Below, one piece after another: positions 44,710-52,837 of a stretch of 64,000 nucleotides of DNA; position 1 is the first letter of the stretch; each line of letters begins with the position of its first letter. Under the pieces are notes generated by a model. The model was not told the DNA's origin. It searched no databases and worked only from the letters and a program-made list of their open reading frames with translations. The stretch is taken from NCBI GenBank assembly GCA_049523455.1, contig JBEKMW010000006.1:5731-69730 (forward strand), in the 5' to 3' direction. Both the position numbers and the translations under genes were made by a program. This stretch comes from Verrucomicrobiota bacterium. GTDB taxonomy: Bacteria; Verrucomicrobiota; Verrucomicrobiia; Limisphaerales; UBA11358.

Positions 44710-45930
44710 ATGGTTGATCCCTCCATCAACGAACGAAGCACCGGGCTGGACCGCCTGCAACTGGCGGCGCTGGCCGGGCTGATGCTCATCGGCACGGCGT
44801 TCATTTACAGCGCCACGACGTCGAATGCGGACGCCGCGTCGTTGCCTTGGTATGACCAGAGCTGGGTGCGGCAGCTCATCTGGTATGCGCTGGGCCTGGG
44901 CGTGGGTGCGGCGGTGTGCCTCGTGGACTACCACACGCTGGCGCGCTGGTCGCTCGTCGCCTACTGCGCGGCGATTTTCTTCCTGGTCCTGGTGTTGATC
45001 CCCCATATCGGCCAGATGCGCTTCGGCGCGCGGCGGTGGATTGAATTCAAGGTCTTCCAATTCCAGCCCAGCGAATTTGCCAAGCTGGCCTTCATTCTGG
45101 CCGCCGCCAATTTCCTGAGTCGGCCCGCCGGGGAACTGCGGCGTCCGGCAACTTTCTGGACGGGCATGGGCCTGATGCTCCTGCCGTTCGTCCTGATATT
45201 GAAGGAACCGGACCTGGGTTCGGCGCTCGTGTTATTGCCGACCGGTTTGGTGATGATGTTCGTCGCGGGCACTCCTGGGCGCTATTTGGGGCTATTGGCC
45301 GGCTCCGTGGGCCTGCTGGCGGCGTTGTTTCTCGTGGATGCGGTGTTTTTGCCGCCCGGCTGGTGGCAGATTCCCATGCCGCCCTATCAGCGCGACCGGC
45401 TGCTGGTTTATTTTGACAGGGATTACCGATCTTTCGCTCCGCCGAACGCCACCCCGGCGGAGTTGCAAAGCCTGAATGCACAGGAAGAAAAGGACTCGTA
45501 CAACGTCCGTCAGGCTTTGATTTCCGTCGGCTCCGGTGGGCTGTTCGGCAAAGGGTGGCAGCGGGGGACGCAGCACAAATATGACTACCTGCCCCGGGCG
45601 GTGCAACATAACGACTTCATCTTCTCGGTCATCGCCGAGGAGGAAGGTTTCGTTGGCAGCGTGGTTGTGCTGGCGCTGTATGCGGTGGTTCTGTTCACCG
45701 GACTGAGAATCGCCGGCCAGGCGCGCGACCGCCTGGGCAAACTCGTGGTGGCGGGCGTGGTCACGCTCGTCTTCAGCCACATATTCATCAACATCGGCAT
45801 GAACATTCGCATCATGCCCGTGACGGGCGTGCCACTGCCGCTGCTTTCCTACGGCGGGTCTTCAGTGCTCGGCTCGTGGATCGCCGTGGGCTTGATGCAA
45901 AACGTTTACATTCATCGAAGAGGATACTGA
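44710..45930 (+). CDS. rodA: peptidoglycan glycosyltransferase RodA (SEDS family)
   Basis: 406 aa. QPSEFAKL, DLGSALV, HNDFIFSVIAEEEGFVG and PLPLLSYGGSS are SEDS motifs. Confidence 0.9.
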   Translation: MVDPSINERSTGLDRLQLAALAGLMLIGTAFIYSATTSNADAASLPWYDQSWVRQLIWYALGLGVGAAVCLVDYHTLARWSLVAYCAAIFFLVLVLIPHIGQMRFGARRWIEFKVFQFQPSEFAKLAFILAAANFLSRPAGELRRPATFWTGMGLMLLPFVLILKEPDLGSALVLLPTGLVMMFVAGTPGRYLGLLAGSVGLLAALFLVDAVFLPPGWWQIPMPPYQRDRLLVYFDRDYRSFAPPNATPAELQSLNAQEEKDSYNVRQALISVGSGGLFGKGWQRGTQHKYDYLPRAVQHNDFIFSVIAEEEGFVGSVVVLALYAVVLFTGLRIAGQARDRLGKLVVAGVVTLVFSHIFINIGMNIRIMPVTGVPLPLLSYGGSSVLGSWIAVGLMQNVYIHRRGY

Positions 45931-45933
45931 ATT

Positions 45934-47901
45934 ATGAGCAATAAAAATTTTTCACGGCGCCAGCGCGGCATGCGCTTCCGCCCCAAAGGTGGTCTGGGCC
46001 AGTCCCAGCAAAAATCCGACCGCGACGCCATCCAGGCGCGCGCCGACGCGGTGAGCGAACAGGGCGGCGCCGAGCACTTGTTTGAAAAACGCCACGCGCA
46101 CGAAATCGAGCGCGCGGAAAACATCGCCGCCGGCCTGCCGCCCCAGGGCGCGCCGCCGGTCGAAACGCCGCCAGTCCCCGTGGACAAAAAGAGCTTCCGC
46201 CAACCGCATCTCGATACCCCGGCCAAGGTGGAGGAGGAAACCCCATTTCAGCCGGTGGCCATTCCCGAACAATCCAAGGGCATTCTGGACTCCATCAAAA
46301 ATGTCGCCGTCTCGCTGGTCAAAAAAGTCCAGCGGCTCATTCGGCCGGAAAAGAAGACCCACAAGGAGATCGTCATCAACGCCGAGACGCTCGAAACGCG
46401 CGTGGCGGTGCTGGAGGATGGCAAGCTCGAGGAATTCAACATTGAGCGCACCACCGAGGAGCGCCTCGTGGGCAGCATGTTCAAGGGCAAGGTTCGCAAC
46501 CTCGAAGACGGACTGAAAGCCGCCTTTGTGGACATCGGGTTCGAGAAGAACGCCTTCCTGCATTACTGGGACATTGTGCCCAACCAGTTCGACAGCGGCG
46601 TGGAAATCGTCGAGCGCGAAGGACGCCGGCCGACCCGCCCCAAAATCACGCAGCGGGACATTCCGCGCCTCTACCCGCCCGGCAGCGAGATCATCGTGCA
46701 GGTCACCAAGGGCCCCATCGGCACCAAAGGCCCGCGTATCACCACCAACCTCGTCCTGCCCGGACGTTACCTCGTGCTCCTGCCCAATTCGGACCAGTCC
46801 GGCATTTCGCGCAAGATTGAGAACCAGGAGGAACGCAAGCGCCTCAAGAAAATCCTGCGAGAACTGGCCATTCCCGATGGCATGGGCGTCATCATGCGCA
46901 CCGCCGGCGAAGGCCAGCAAAAACGCTACTTCGTGCGCGACCTCGCGTTGTTGCTCGAGGAATGGCGCGGTGTGCAGGAAAAAATCAAAGACCAGCCCAT
47001 GGCCACTTGCGTCTTCCAGGAACCCGACCTCATCGAACGCACCGTGCGCGACTTCCTCACCGAAGATGTTGAACGGATCGTGGTGGACAACCCCAAGGCC
47101 CACGACCGGATGCGCGAAATGATTTCCAAAATCTCCAAGCGCTCGGCGAGCAAGATCAAACTCTACTCTGAGGCCCAGGCCGTGTTCGACCGGTTCAACA
47201 TCACCAAGCAGCTCGAGAGCACCTTCTCGCGCCAGGTGCACCTCAAGAGCGGCGGCTACATCGTCATTGACGAAACCGAAGCGCTCGTGGCCATTGACGT
47301 GAACACCGGCCGCCACAAGGGCAGCAAGGACCAGGAATCCACCATCTTGAAGGTCAACCAGGAAGCCGCCGAGGAAATTACCCGCCAACTGCGCCTGCGC
47401 AACATGGGCGGCCTCATCGTGCTGGATTTCATTGACATGAAACAGCGCCGCGACCAGCACTCGGTTTACCAGAAGATGAAGGAAGGCCTGCGCCGCGACA
47501 AAGCCAAGACGCACATCCTGCCCATCTCCCAGCTCGGCCTCATGGAAATGACGCGCCAGCGACACACCGAGAGCGTGCGGTCGGCGGTGTATGACGATTG
47601 TCCCTATTGCAAGGGCCGCGGCAAGGTAAAGAGTGCCATCACCATGAGCGTGGAAATCCAGCGCAAGCTCCAGGAAATCCTGAAAAAGCGCACCCGCGAC
47701 GAGTCGGATTTCCAACTGCGCATTGTGGTGCATCCCACCGTGTTGGACCGGTTGCGCACCGAGGACGAAAAACTGCTCATCGAAATGGAGAAGCGCTACT
47801 TCGGCAAGCTGTCCTTCCGCGCCGACTCCGCCATGCACGCCGAGCAATTCAAAATTGTCAACGTGGAGAACAACGAAGAACTGGCCAGCGTGGGCTCCTG
47901 A
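45934..47901 (+). CDS. ribonuclease E/G family endoribonuclease
   Basis: 655 aa. A low-complexity N-terminus of about 130 aa is followed by the S1 domain GSMFKGKVRNLEDGLKAAFVDIG and the catalytic core IVIDETEALVAIDVNTG...GLIVLDFIDM. CPYCKGRG is the Zn-link. Confidence 0.85.
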   Translation: MSNKNFSRRQRGMRFRPKGGLGQSQQKSDRDAIQARADAVSEQGGAEHLFEKRHAHEIERAENIAAGLPPQGAPPVETPPVPVDKKSFRQPHLDTPAKVEEETPFQPVAIPEQSKGILDSIKNVAVSLVKKVQRLIRPEKKTHKEIVINAETLETRVAVLEDGKLEEFNIERTTEERLVGSMFKGKVRNLEDGLKAAFVDIGFEKNAFLHYWDIVPNQFDSGVEIVEREGRRPTRPKITQRDIPRLYPPGSEIIVQVTKGPIGTKGPRITTNLVLPGRYLVLLPNSDQSGISRKIENQEERKRLKKILRELAIPDGMGVIMRTAGEGQQKRYFVRDLALLLEEWRGVQEKIKDQPMATCVFQEPDLIERTVRDFLTEDVERIVVDNPKAHDRMREMISKISKRSASKIKLYSEAQAVFDRFNITKQLESTFSRQVHLKSGGYIVIDETEALVAIDVNTGRHKGSKDQESTILKVNQEAAEEITRQLRLRNMGGLIVLDFIDMKQRRDQHSVYQKMKEGLRRDKAKTHILPISQLGLMEMTRQRHTESVRSAVYDDCPYCKGRGKVKSAITMSVEIQRKLQEILKKRTRDESDFQLRIVVHPTVLDRLRTEDEKLLIEMEKRYFGKLSFRADSAMHAEQFKIVNVENNEELASVGS

Positions 47902-47935
47902 GCCGGTAATGGCGCCCTCCGGGCGCGGGTTTGCG

Positions 47936-47960
47936 GCGGACGGCGCGCGGCGCCGTCCGC
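47936..47960 (+). terminator. GC hairpin downstream of the RNase E/G gene (no U-tract)
   Basis: GCGGACGGCGC-GCG-GCGCCGTCCGC forms an 11-bp perfect stem, 35 nt after the stop. Confidence 0.4.
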
Positions 47961-48044
47961 GCCGGGGTGGCGGGGGGACATCGTAATGCGATTTCCCTGC
48001 CGCTAAATCAACCCGCCAGCGCCCTCATCGTCCGAAGGTACCAT

Positions 48045-48073
48045 TTGACTTGGAGGGAACCTTGCGCTATATA
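48045..48073 (+). promoter_or_regulatory. near-consensus sigma70-type promoter for the Phd/RelE-like operon
   Basis: TTGACT (48045-48050), a 17-nt spacer, TATATA (48068-48073). The antitoxin ATG is at 48083, so the leader is very short. Confidence 0.5.
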
Positions 48074-48082
48074 GAATCCACC

Positions 48083-48325
48083 ATGAAAGATACGTTGACA
48101 ATCACTCAGGGGCAGGCGCAACTTCCGGCGCTCTGCCGCAAGCAAAGGACCACCGCCATTACGCGGAACGGTCAAGTTGTGTCTTTCATCGTTCCCCGGC
48201 AGAGGATGTCGGACTTGCTGGAACAAATGGAAATTCTGGCCAACCCAGCCGCGATGAAAGCCATCAAAAAGGCACGGGCTGGCAGAGGCAAATTCCATTC
48301 TTTGAGCGTGTTGGATGAAAACTAA
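48083..48325 (+). CDS. type II antitoxin, Phd/YefM family
   Basis: MKDTLTITQGQAQLPALCRKQRTTAITRNGQVVSFIVPRQRMSDLLEQMEILANP shows the classic Phd/YefM pattern. Confidence 0.7.
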   Translation: MKDTLTITQGQAQLPALCRKQRTTAITRNGQVVSFIVPRQRMSDLLEQMEILANPAAMKAIKKARAGRGKFHSLSVLDEN

Positions 48326-48602
48326 AGTCCTCCTTGAGGACCAGGTGCTGAAATTCATCCGGCGCCAGCCGCCGGAAACGCGCCGGCGCTTGCGCGACGC
48401 GCTGCACGCGGTGGAAAACGGCGAACGATTTCCTGAACCGCTGGAAGACGAACTGGAAGGATTTTACAAACTCAAAGTCGAACGCATCCGCATCCTCATG
48501 CAGGCCGGCGCTCGCGAATCCGGGCCGGTATTCAAGGCCATTTTTGCCGAACGCCGCAAGACGGTTTATGAGCTCTTCAGCCAGATTTTGGGGCTGGATT
48601 GA
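48315..48602 (+). CDS. type II toxin, RelE/ParE superfamily
   Basis: 95 aa, overlapping the antitoxin by 11 nt. It has a ...FYKLKVERIRILMQ...FAERRKTVYE pattern. Confidence 0.65.
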   Translation: MKTKVLLEDQVLKFIRRQPPETRRRLRDALHAVENGERFPEPLEDELEGFYKLKVERIRILMQAGARESGPVFKAIFAERRKTVYELFSQILGLD

Positions 48603-48664
48603 GCCATAACGAAACCGTTGTTTTTGGGCATGCCTATGGACCGGACCTGGAAAGGTCGACTGTG

Positions 48665-49096
48665 CTAGCCTGGCCGCAGGAAAGTCGCACCCAAGGACAC
48701 GATGCCCGCAATCGTTGCTGAAATCCCCACGACCCGCGCGACGATTGCGGGTTGCGGAAGAAGTTTCTCCGCCGCAATGCCCGACCCGAACCAAGTCTGG
48801 CCGGGCATTCGCATCCACATCATGGACATCGTCCAACCGCCGGGCATGCCCATGCCGCCGCCCATCGAGCGGCAGAAATAAGCGGTGGCCGACACGCCGG
48901 CGACGAACGCAAGGCCACAAACCGCGATAAATCCGGCGGGGAGCGCGCCTGCCCCGGGCGCCGCGCTCGGCGCCTCGCCGAACGCTCCTCCTCCCGCTTC
49001 TCTTCTTGGTGTTCTTTGTTGCCGTTGATCCGCTGTATCCCTGCCCGGTTGGTCAAGCGCAGCAGCAGTCATTGGCGGCTCCTTTATATTGGTCAT
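48665..49096 (-). pseudogene. DUF2182-like metal-binding membrane protein that looks like an in-frame internal deletion (mini-ORF)
   Basis: The N-terminal family motif MPGGWTMSMMWMRMPGQTW is fused directly to a C-terminal-helix-like GIAAEKLLPQPAIVARVVGISATIAGIVSLG. About 150 aa of the usual middle region is absent. It overlaps the 3' end of the DUF899 gene by 44 nt. Confidence 0.4.
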
Positions 49097-49808
49097 GATA
49101 GCGCACCCAGTCCTGCGTGTGGTCGGGATTTTCGTCGCGGCCTTTCGCGGTGAGGTCGAGGAAATTGTAAGTCGTGTTCATCAGGTCAATCCCGCGCGCG
49201 TAGGACGAATAGGTGCGGTAAATGTCGCCGTTCTGGTCCCGGTAAAACGCGCTCACGCCCTCGCGCTCGTCAATGTCCATGTCCAGCGGCGCATAGTTGT
49301 AAATGGCCGTGCCGCGCTTGAGCTGCTCCGGCGTGAACGACACGTTGAAATCAAAATTGAAATCCGTGTTGGACGAGGAAACCCATTTGAACTTCCACCC
49401 CATGCGCTTCTTGAACCGCTCGATTTCCTTCCACGGCGCGCGGGACACCACCGCGAAGGCCGTGTCGCGCGCTCCAATGTGAAGATTCACGCTGTCGTAA
49501 TGGTCCGCCCAAAACGAGCAATGCGCGCAACCTTCTCCCCAGCCCGGCCCGAACATGAAGTGATAGATAATGAGCTGGCTCTTGCCGCAAAACAACTCAC
49601 CCAGCGCCACCTTGCCCGTTGGCCCCGCGAAAACGTATTCCTTTTCGATCTTCACCCAGGGCAGCTTGCGGCGTTGCCGGTTCATTTCGTCGCGCCGCTT
49701 CGAGAACTTCTTTTCCTTCACCAGCAGCTTCTTGCGGGCGGCGATCCATTCTTTTTGCGAAACCACCTTGCGGTTTTCGATTCCGTGGACGGTTTTGATT
49801 TTCGGCAT
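49053..49808 (-). CDS. DUF899 thioredoxin-like protein
   Basis: 251 aa. WIAARKKLLVKEKKFSKRRDEMNRQRRKLPWVKIEKEYVF...LIIYHFMFGPGWGEGCAHCSFWADH is the typical DUF899 pattern. Confidence 0.85.
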   Translation of the reverse strand: MPKIKTVHGIENRKVVSQKEWIAARKKLLVKEKKFSKRRDEMNRQRRKLPWVKIEKEYVFAGPTGKVALGELFCGKSQLIIYHFMFGPGWGEGCAHCSFWADHYDSVNLHIGARDTAFAVVSRAPWKEIERFKKRMGWKFKWVSSSNTDFNFDFNVSFTPEQLKRGTAIYNYAPLDMDIDEREGVSAFYRDQNGDIYRTYSSYARGIDLMNTTYNFLDLTAKGRDENPDHTQDWVRYHDQYKGAANDCCCA

Positions 49809-49904
49809 GATATTCTCCTTTTATTGTTGTTACCTCATCATTGTGGATTTTCAAACGGAATTTCCCGTGTCCTTCTGGCGCCAACGTCGGGTGTCCTCGT
49901 GCGC

Positions 49905-50110
49905 CTACGCCGGGTGGCAACACGAGCCGGAGTTCTGGGGAAGTGACCCGTACTCATCGCGGCGGCACCACCAGATGCCCGTCTCGTTGCGCCCAAGTGG
50001 CGCACGGTCGAGCCACTGGTACATGCCCCAAAGGCCGTCCAGCCCGCGCGCATAGATGGAATAGGTGTGGTAAACCACGCCGTCCTCGAGCGTGAACGCG
50101 CTCATGCCCG
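49905..50110 (-). pseudogene. C-terminal fragment of a second DUF899 gene
   Basis: GMSAFTLEDGVVYHTYSIYARGLDGLWGMYQWLDRAPLGRNE...WCRRDEY aligns with GVSAFYRDQNGDIYRTYSSYARGIDLMNTTYNFLDLTAKGRDE...WVRYHDQY of the intact neighbour. The N-terminal 170 aa are missing. Confidence 0.55.
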
Positions 50111-50379
50111 GCTTTTCACGTATAGGGACTGATAACCCGCGGCTTTGCCGCTGGCCAGGTTCCGTCGCCACTCCGTGGCTGAACTGATTTTCGTGAGTTC
50201 TGAGCGGCAGAGTTGTCTGCCAGAAGTGTGAATTTATTAGGACTGGAATTAAGATTGCGAAAAAGGCCATCATCAAGACGCTCAAATAGGGAAGAATCCG
50301 CGTGACACGACATCAGACACATCGGGGGCTGGCAGGACGCGGCTGCTGGATTTGTCGCCCGCGAAAAATTGAATGACCT

Positions 50380-51513
50380 ATGATCAAGAACGTTTGCAAC
50401 TCCTGCGGTCAACCTTTCGTATCTTCCGACGCGCCCGTGGGCGCTCCCATAAAATGTCCGCGCTGCGGCGCGGAAAACGTCGTCGCCCCTCCCAAGCCGC
50501 CGCCGCTCCCGGTCCCCGCCAAATGGGGCGCCCCGGCGGAGCGAGCGCCGGGCAATTCTCCGGTCATGCCGGTCGCCCAGCGCATCATTGACAACATCGA
50601 GAAGGTAATCGTCGGCAAACATAACGAAATCATGCTCACACTGGTGGCGTATTGCGCCGAGGGCCACGTGCTGTTGGAAGACGTGCCTGGCGTGGCCAAG
50701 ACCATGCTGGCCCGCGCGCTCTCGCGCAGCATCGGTTGCCAGTTTAAACGCATCCAGTGTACGCCCGACCTGTTGCCCAATGACATCACCGGCAGCTCGG
50801 TTTTCAATCCGAAAACCACCCAGTTCGAGTTCCGGCCCGGCCCGCTCTTCGCGCAAATCGTGCTGGCCGACGAAATCAACCGCGCCACGCCGCGCGCCCA
50901 AGCCGCCTTGCTCGAAGCCATGGCCGAGCGCAAGGTGACCTCCGACGGAAACAACTATGAATTGGCGCCGCCGTTTCTGCTGATCGCCACGCAGAATCCG
51001 ATTGACCACGAAGGCACGTTCCCACTGCCGGAAGCGCAATTGGACCGGTTCCTCGTCCGCCTGCGATTGGGCTACCCGCAGTTTGAGGACGAAGTCTCCA
51101 TGTTGCAGCGGCTCCAGTGGCAGCATCCCATCGAAGCCCTCGAGGCCGTCGCCACCGCCGATGAAATCGTCGCTTGCCAGGAATCGGTGGGGCAGGTGCA
51201 CGTGGACGACAAGGTGGGCCGCTACATCGTGCAACTCATCCAGGCCACGCGGGAACATTACGACGTGATTTTGGGCGGCAGTCCACGCGCCGGTCTGGCG
51301 TTGCAGCGTTGCGCCCAGGCCCTGGCGGCGGTCCATGGCTTTGATTTTGTCCTGCCCGACGACGTCAAACAAATGGCGCCGCACGTGCTCGGTCATCGGC
51401 TGATCCTCCGTCCGGAAAGCCGGTTGCGCAAGCGAACCGTGACCATGGTGCTGGATGAAATTCTCAACGCGGTGCCGGTCCCGCAAATGCCCGTGGGCGG
51501 TTTTGCCGAATGA
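50380..51513 (+). CDS. MoxR-family AAA+ ATPase with an N-terminal zinc-ribbon extension
   Basis: The core shows VIVGKHNEIMLTLVAYCAEGHVLLEDVPGVAKTMLARAL, RIQCTPDLLPNDITG and LADEINRATP. It is preceded by a roughly 66-aa extension with CNSCG...CPRCG. Confidence 0.9.
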   Translation: MIKNVCNSCGQPFVSSDAPVGAPIKCPRCGAENVVAPPKPPPLPVPAKWGAPAERAPGNSPVMPVAQRIIDNIEKVIVGKHNEIMLTLVAYCAEGHVLLEDVPGVAKTMLARALSRSIGCQFKRIQCTPDLLPNDITGSSVFNPKTTQFEFRPGPLFAQIVLADEINRATPRAQAALLEAMAERKVTSDGNNYELAPPFLLIATQNPIDHEGTFPLPEAQLDRFLVRLRLGYPQFEDEVSMLQRLQWQHPIEALEAVATADEIVACQESVGQVHVDDKVGRYIVQLIQATREHYDVILGGSPRAGLALQRCAQALAAVHGFDFVLPDDVKQMAPHVLGHRLILRPESRLRKRTVTMVLDEILNAVPVPQMPVGGFAE

Positions 51514-52835
51514 AATGGATTCTCGGCACATTGGGCTTGCTGGTGCTCGGCTTGCTGCTGAGATTGAGCCTGCTGGTCTATGCCATGTACGTGCTGCTGG
51601 GCATCCTGGCCCTCACCCGGTTCTTTTCCCGCGCGTGGACCGATGAACTCGTGGCCACCCGGTTTTGCGACCGTGACGTGTTGGAAATCGACGAGTCGGC
51701 CGCGGTTGAAGTCCACGTCAAAAATGAGGGCCGCCTTACGGTGCCGTGGCTGTTGGTTGAAGATTCCCTGCCGCACGATGCGCTGGTGCTGATGCCGCTC
51801 CACCTCAAGGTGGACGGTCCGCGCCTGACGCTCGTCCGGCTGAGGCCCGGCGAAACCATCAGCTTGGACTATCGGGTGACCTTCCTCATGCGCGGATATT
51901 ATCAACTGGGACCGCTGTTGCTGGAAACGGGTGACGTGTTTGGATTGCATCGCCGGTTCCGGGTGGCCACCGAGCCGCACTTTGCGATGGTGCTGCCCAA
52001 GGTGCTGCCATTGCAGGGCTACAATCTGGCATCGCGCCGCCCGCTCGGTGAGATTCGCGTGGTGCACCGGTTGTTCGAAGACCCCACGCGATTGGCTGGC
52101 ATCCGCTTGTATCAGCCAGGCGATCCCTTGAACCGCATTCATTGGCGGGCCACCGCGCGCACCGGGGAAATTCACAGCCGGGTTTATGAAAATTCCCGCG
52201 TGGCGGGCGCGACGTTTCTGCTGGATTTCCACGTGCGAAGTTATCAAGGCCATGGCGCGCCGGCGTCGGCGGAACTGGCGATGGTCACCATTGCCTCGCT
52301 CGCCAACGCGGTTTCGCTGATGGGCCAACAAATCGGTCTCGCCAGCAACGGCCGCGACGCCGCCGATCGCATCCGCGAGGAAGGTTGGGGCGCCGACTTT
52401 ATTACGCGGCGGGAGGCGCATCGGCGGGCGAAGGAGGCACTGGCCAACACGCGCTTGCGGCCCGTTCTGGTGCCGACGCGCAAGGGCGACGCCAACTTCA
52501 CGCGAATTCTCGAGACGCTGGCGCGCCTAGAGCACACGGACGGCTTGGAGTTTTCCGAAATGCTGGCGGAGGTGGCCAGTGAAATTCCGCGGGACGCCAC
52601 CGTGGTGGCGGTGCTCCGGCGGGTGACGCCGGCCACGGCGGCCGCGCTCGGCGAATTGGCCCGGCGCGGTTTTCTGGTGACGGTCATCGTGGTTTCAATC
52701 GAGTTGGAACCGACGCCCGATTGGGCGCAAGCACCGGATTGGGCGCAGATGTTGCTGGCCCAAGGCATGGATTTCCGCATCGTCAACACCGAGGAAGCGG
52801 TGTCGAATCTCTGCGCGGAAGCCATCGTGAGGTAA
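51510..52835 (+). CDS. DUF58 domain protein (MoxR partner, vWA-like)
   Basis: It has two N-terminal TM helices and RLYQPGDPLNRIHWRATARTGEIHSRVYE, the DUF58 signature. Its start overlaps the moxR stop (ATGA). Confidence 0.85.
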   Translation: MKWILGTLGLLVLGLLLRLSLLVYAMYVLLGILALTRFFSRAWTDELVATRFCDRDVLEIDESAAVEVHVKNEGRLTVPWLLVEDSLPHDALVLMPLHLKVDGPRLTLVRLRPGETISLDYRVTFLMRGYYQLGPLLLETGDVFGLHRRFRVATEPHFAMVLPKVLPLQGYNLASRRPLGEIRVVHRLFEDPTRLAGIRLYQPGDPLNRIHWRATARTGEIHSRVYENSRVAGATFLLDFHVRSYQGHGAPASAELAMVTIASLANAVSLMGQQIGLASNGRDAADRIREEGWGADFITRREAHRRAKEALANTRLRPVLVPTRKGDANFTRILETLARLEHTDGLEFSEMLAEVASEIPRDATVVAVLRRVTPATAAALGELARRGFLVTVIVVSIELEPTPDWAQAPDWAQMLLAQGMDFRIVNTEEAVSNLCAEAIVR

Positions 52836-52837
52836 TC

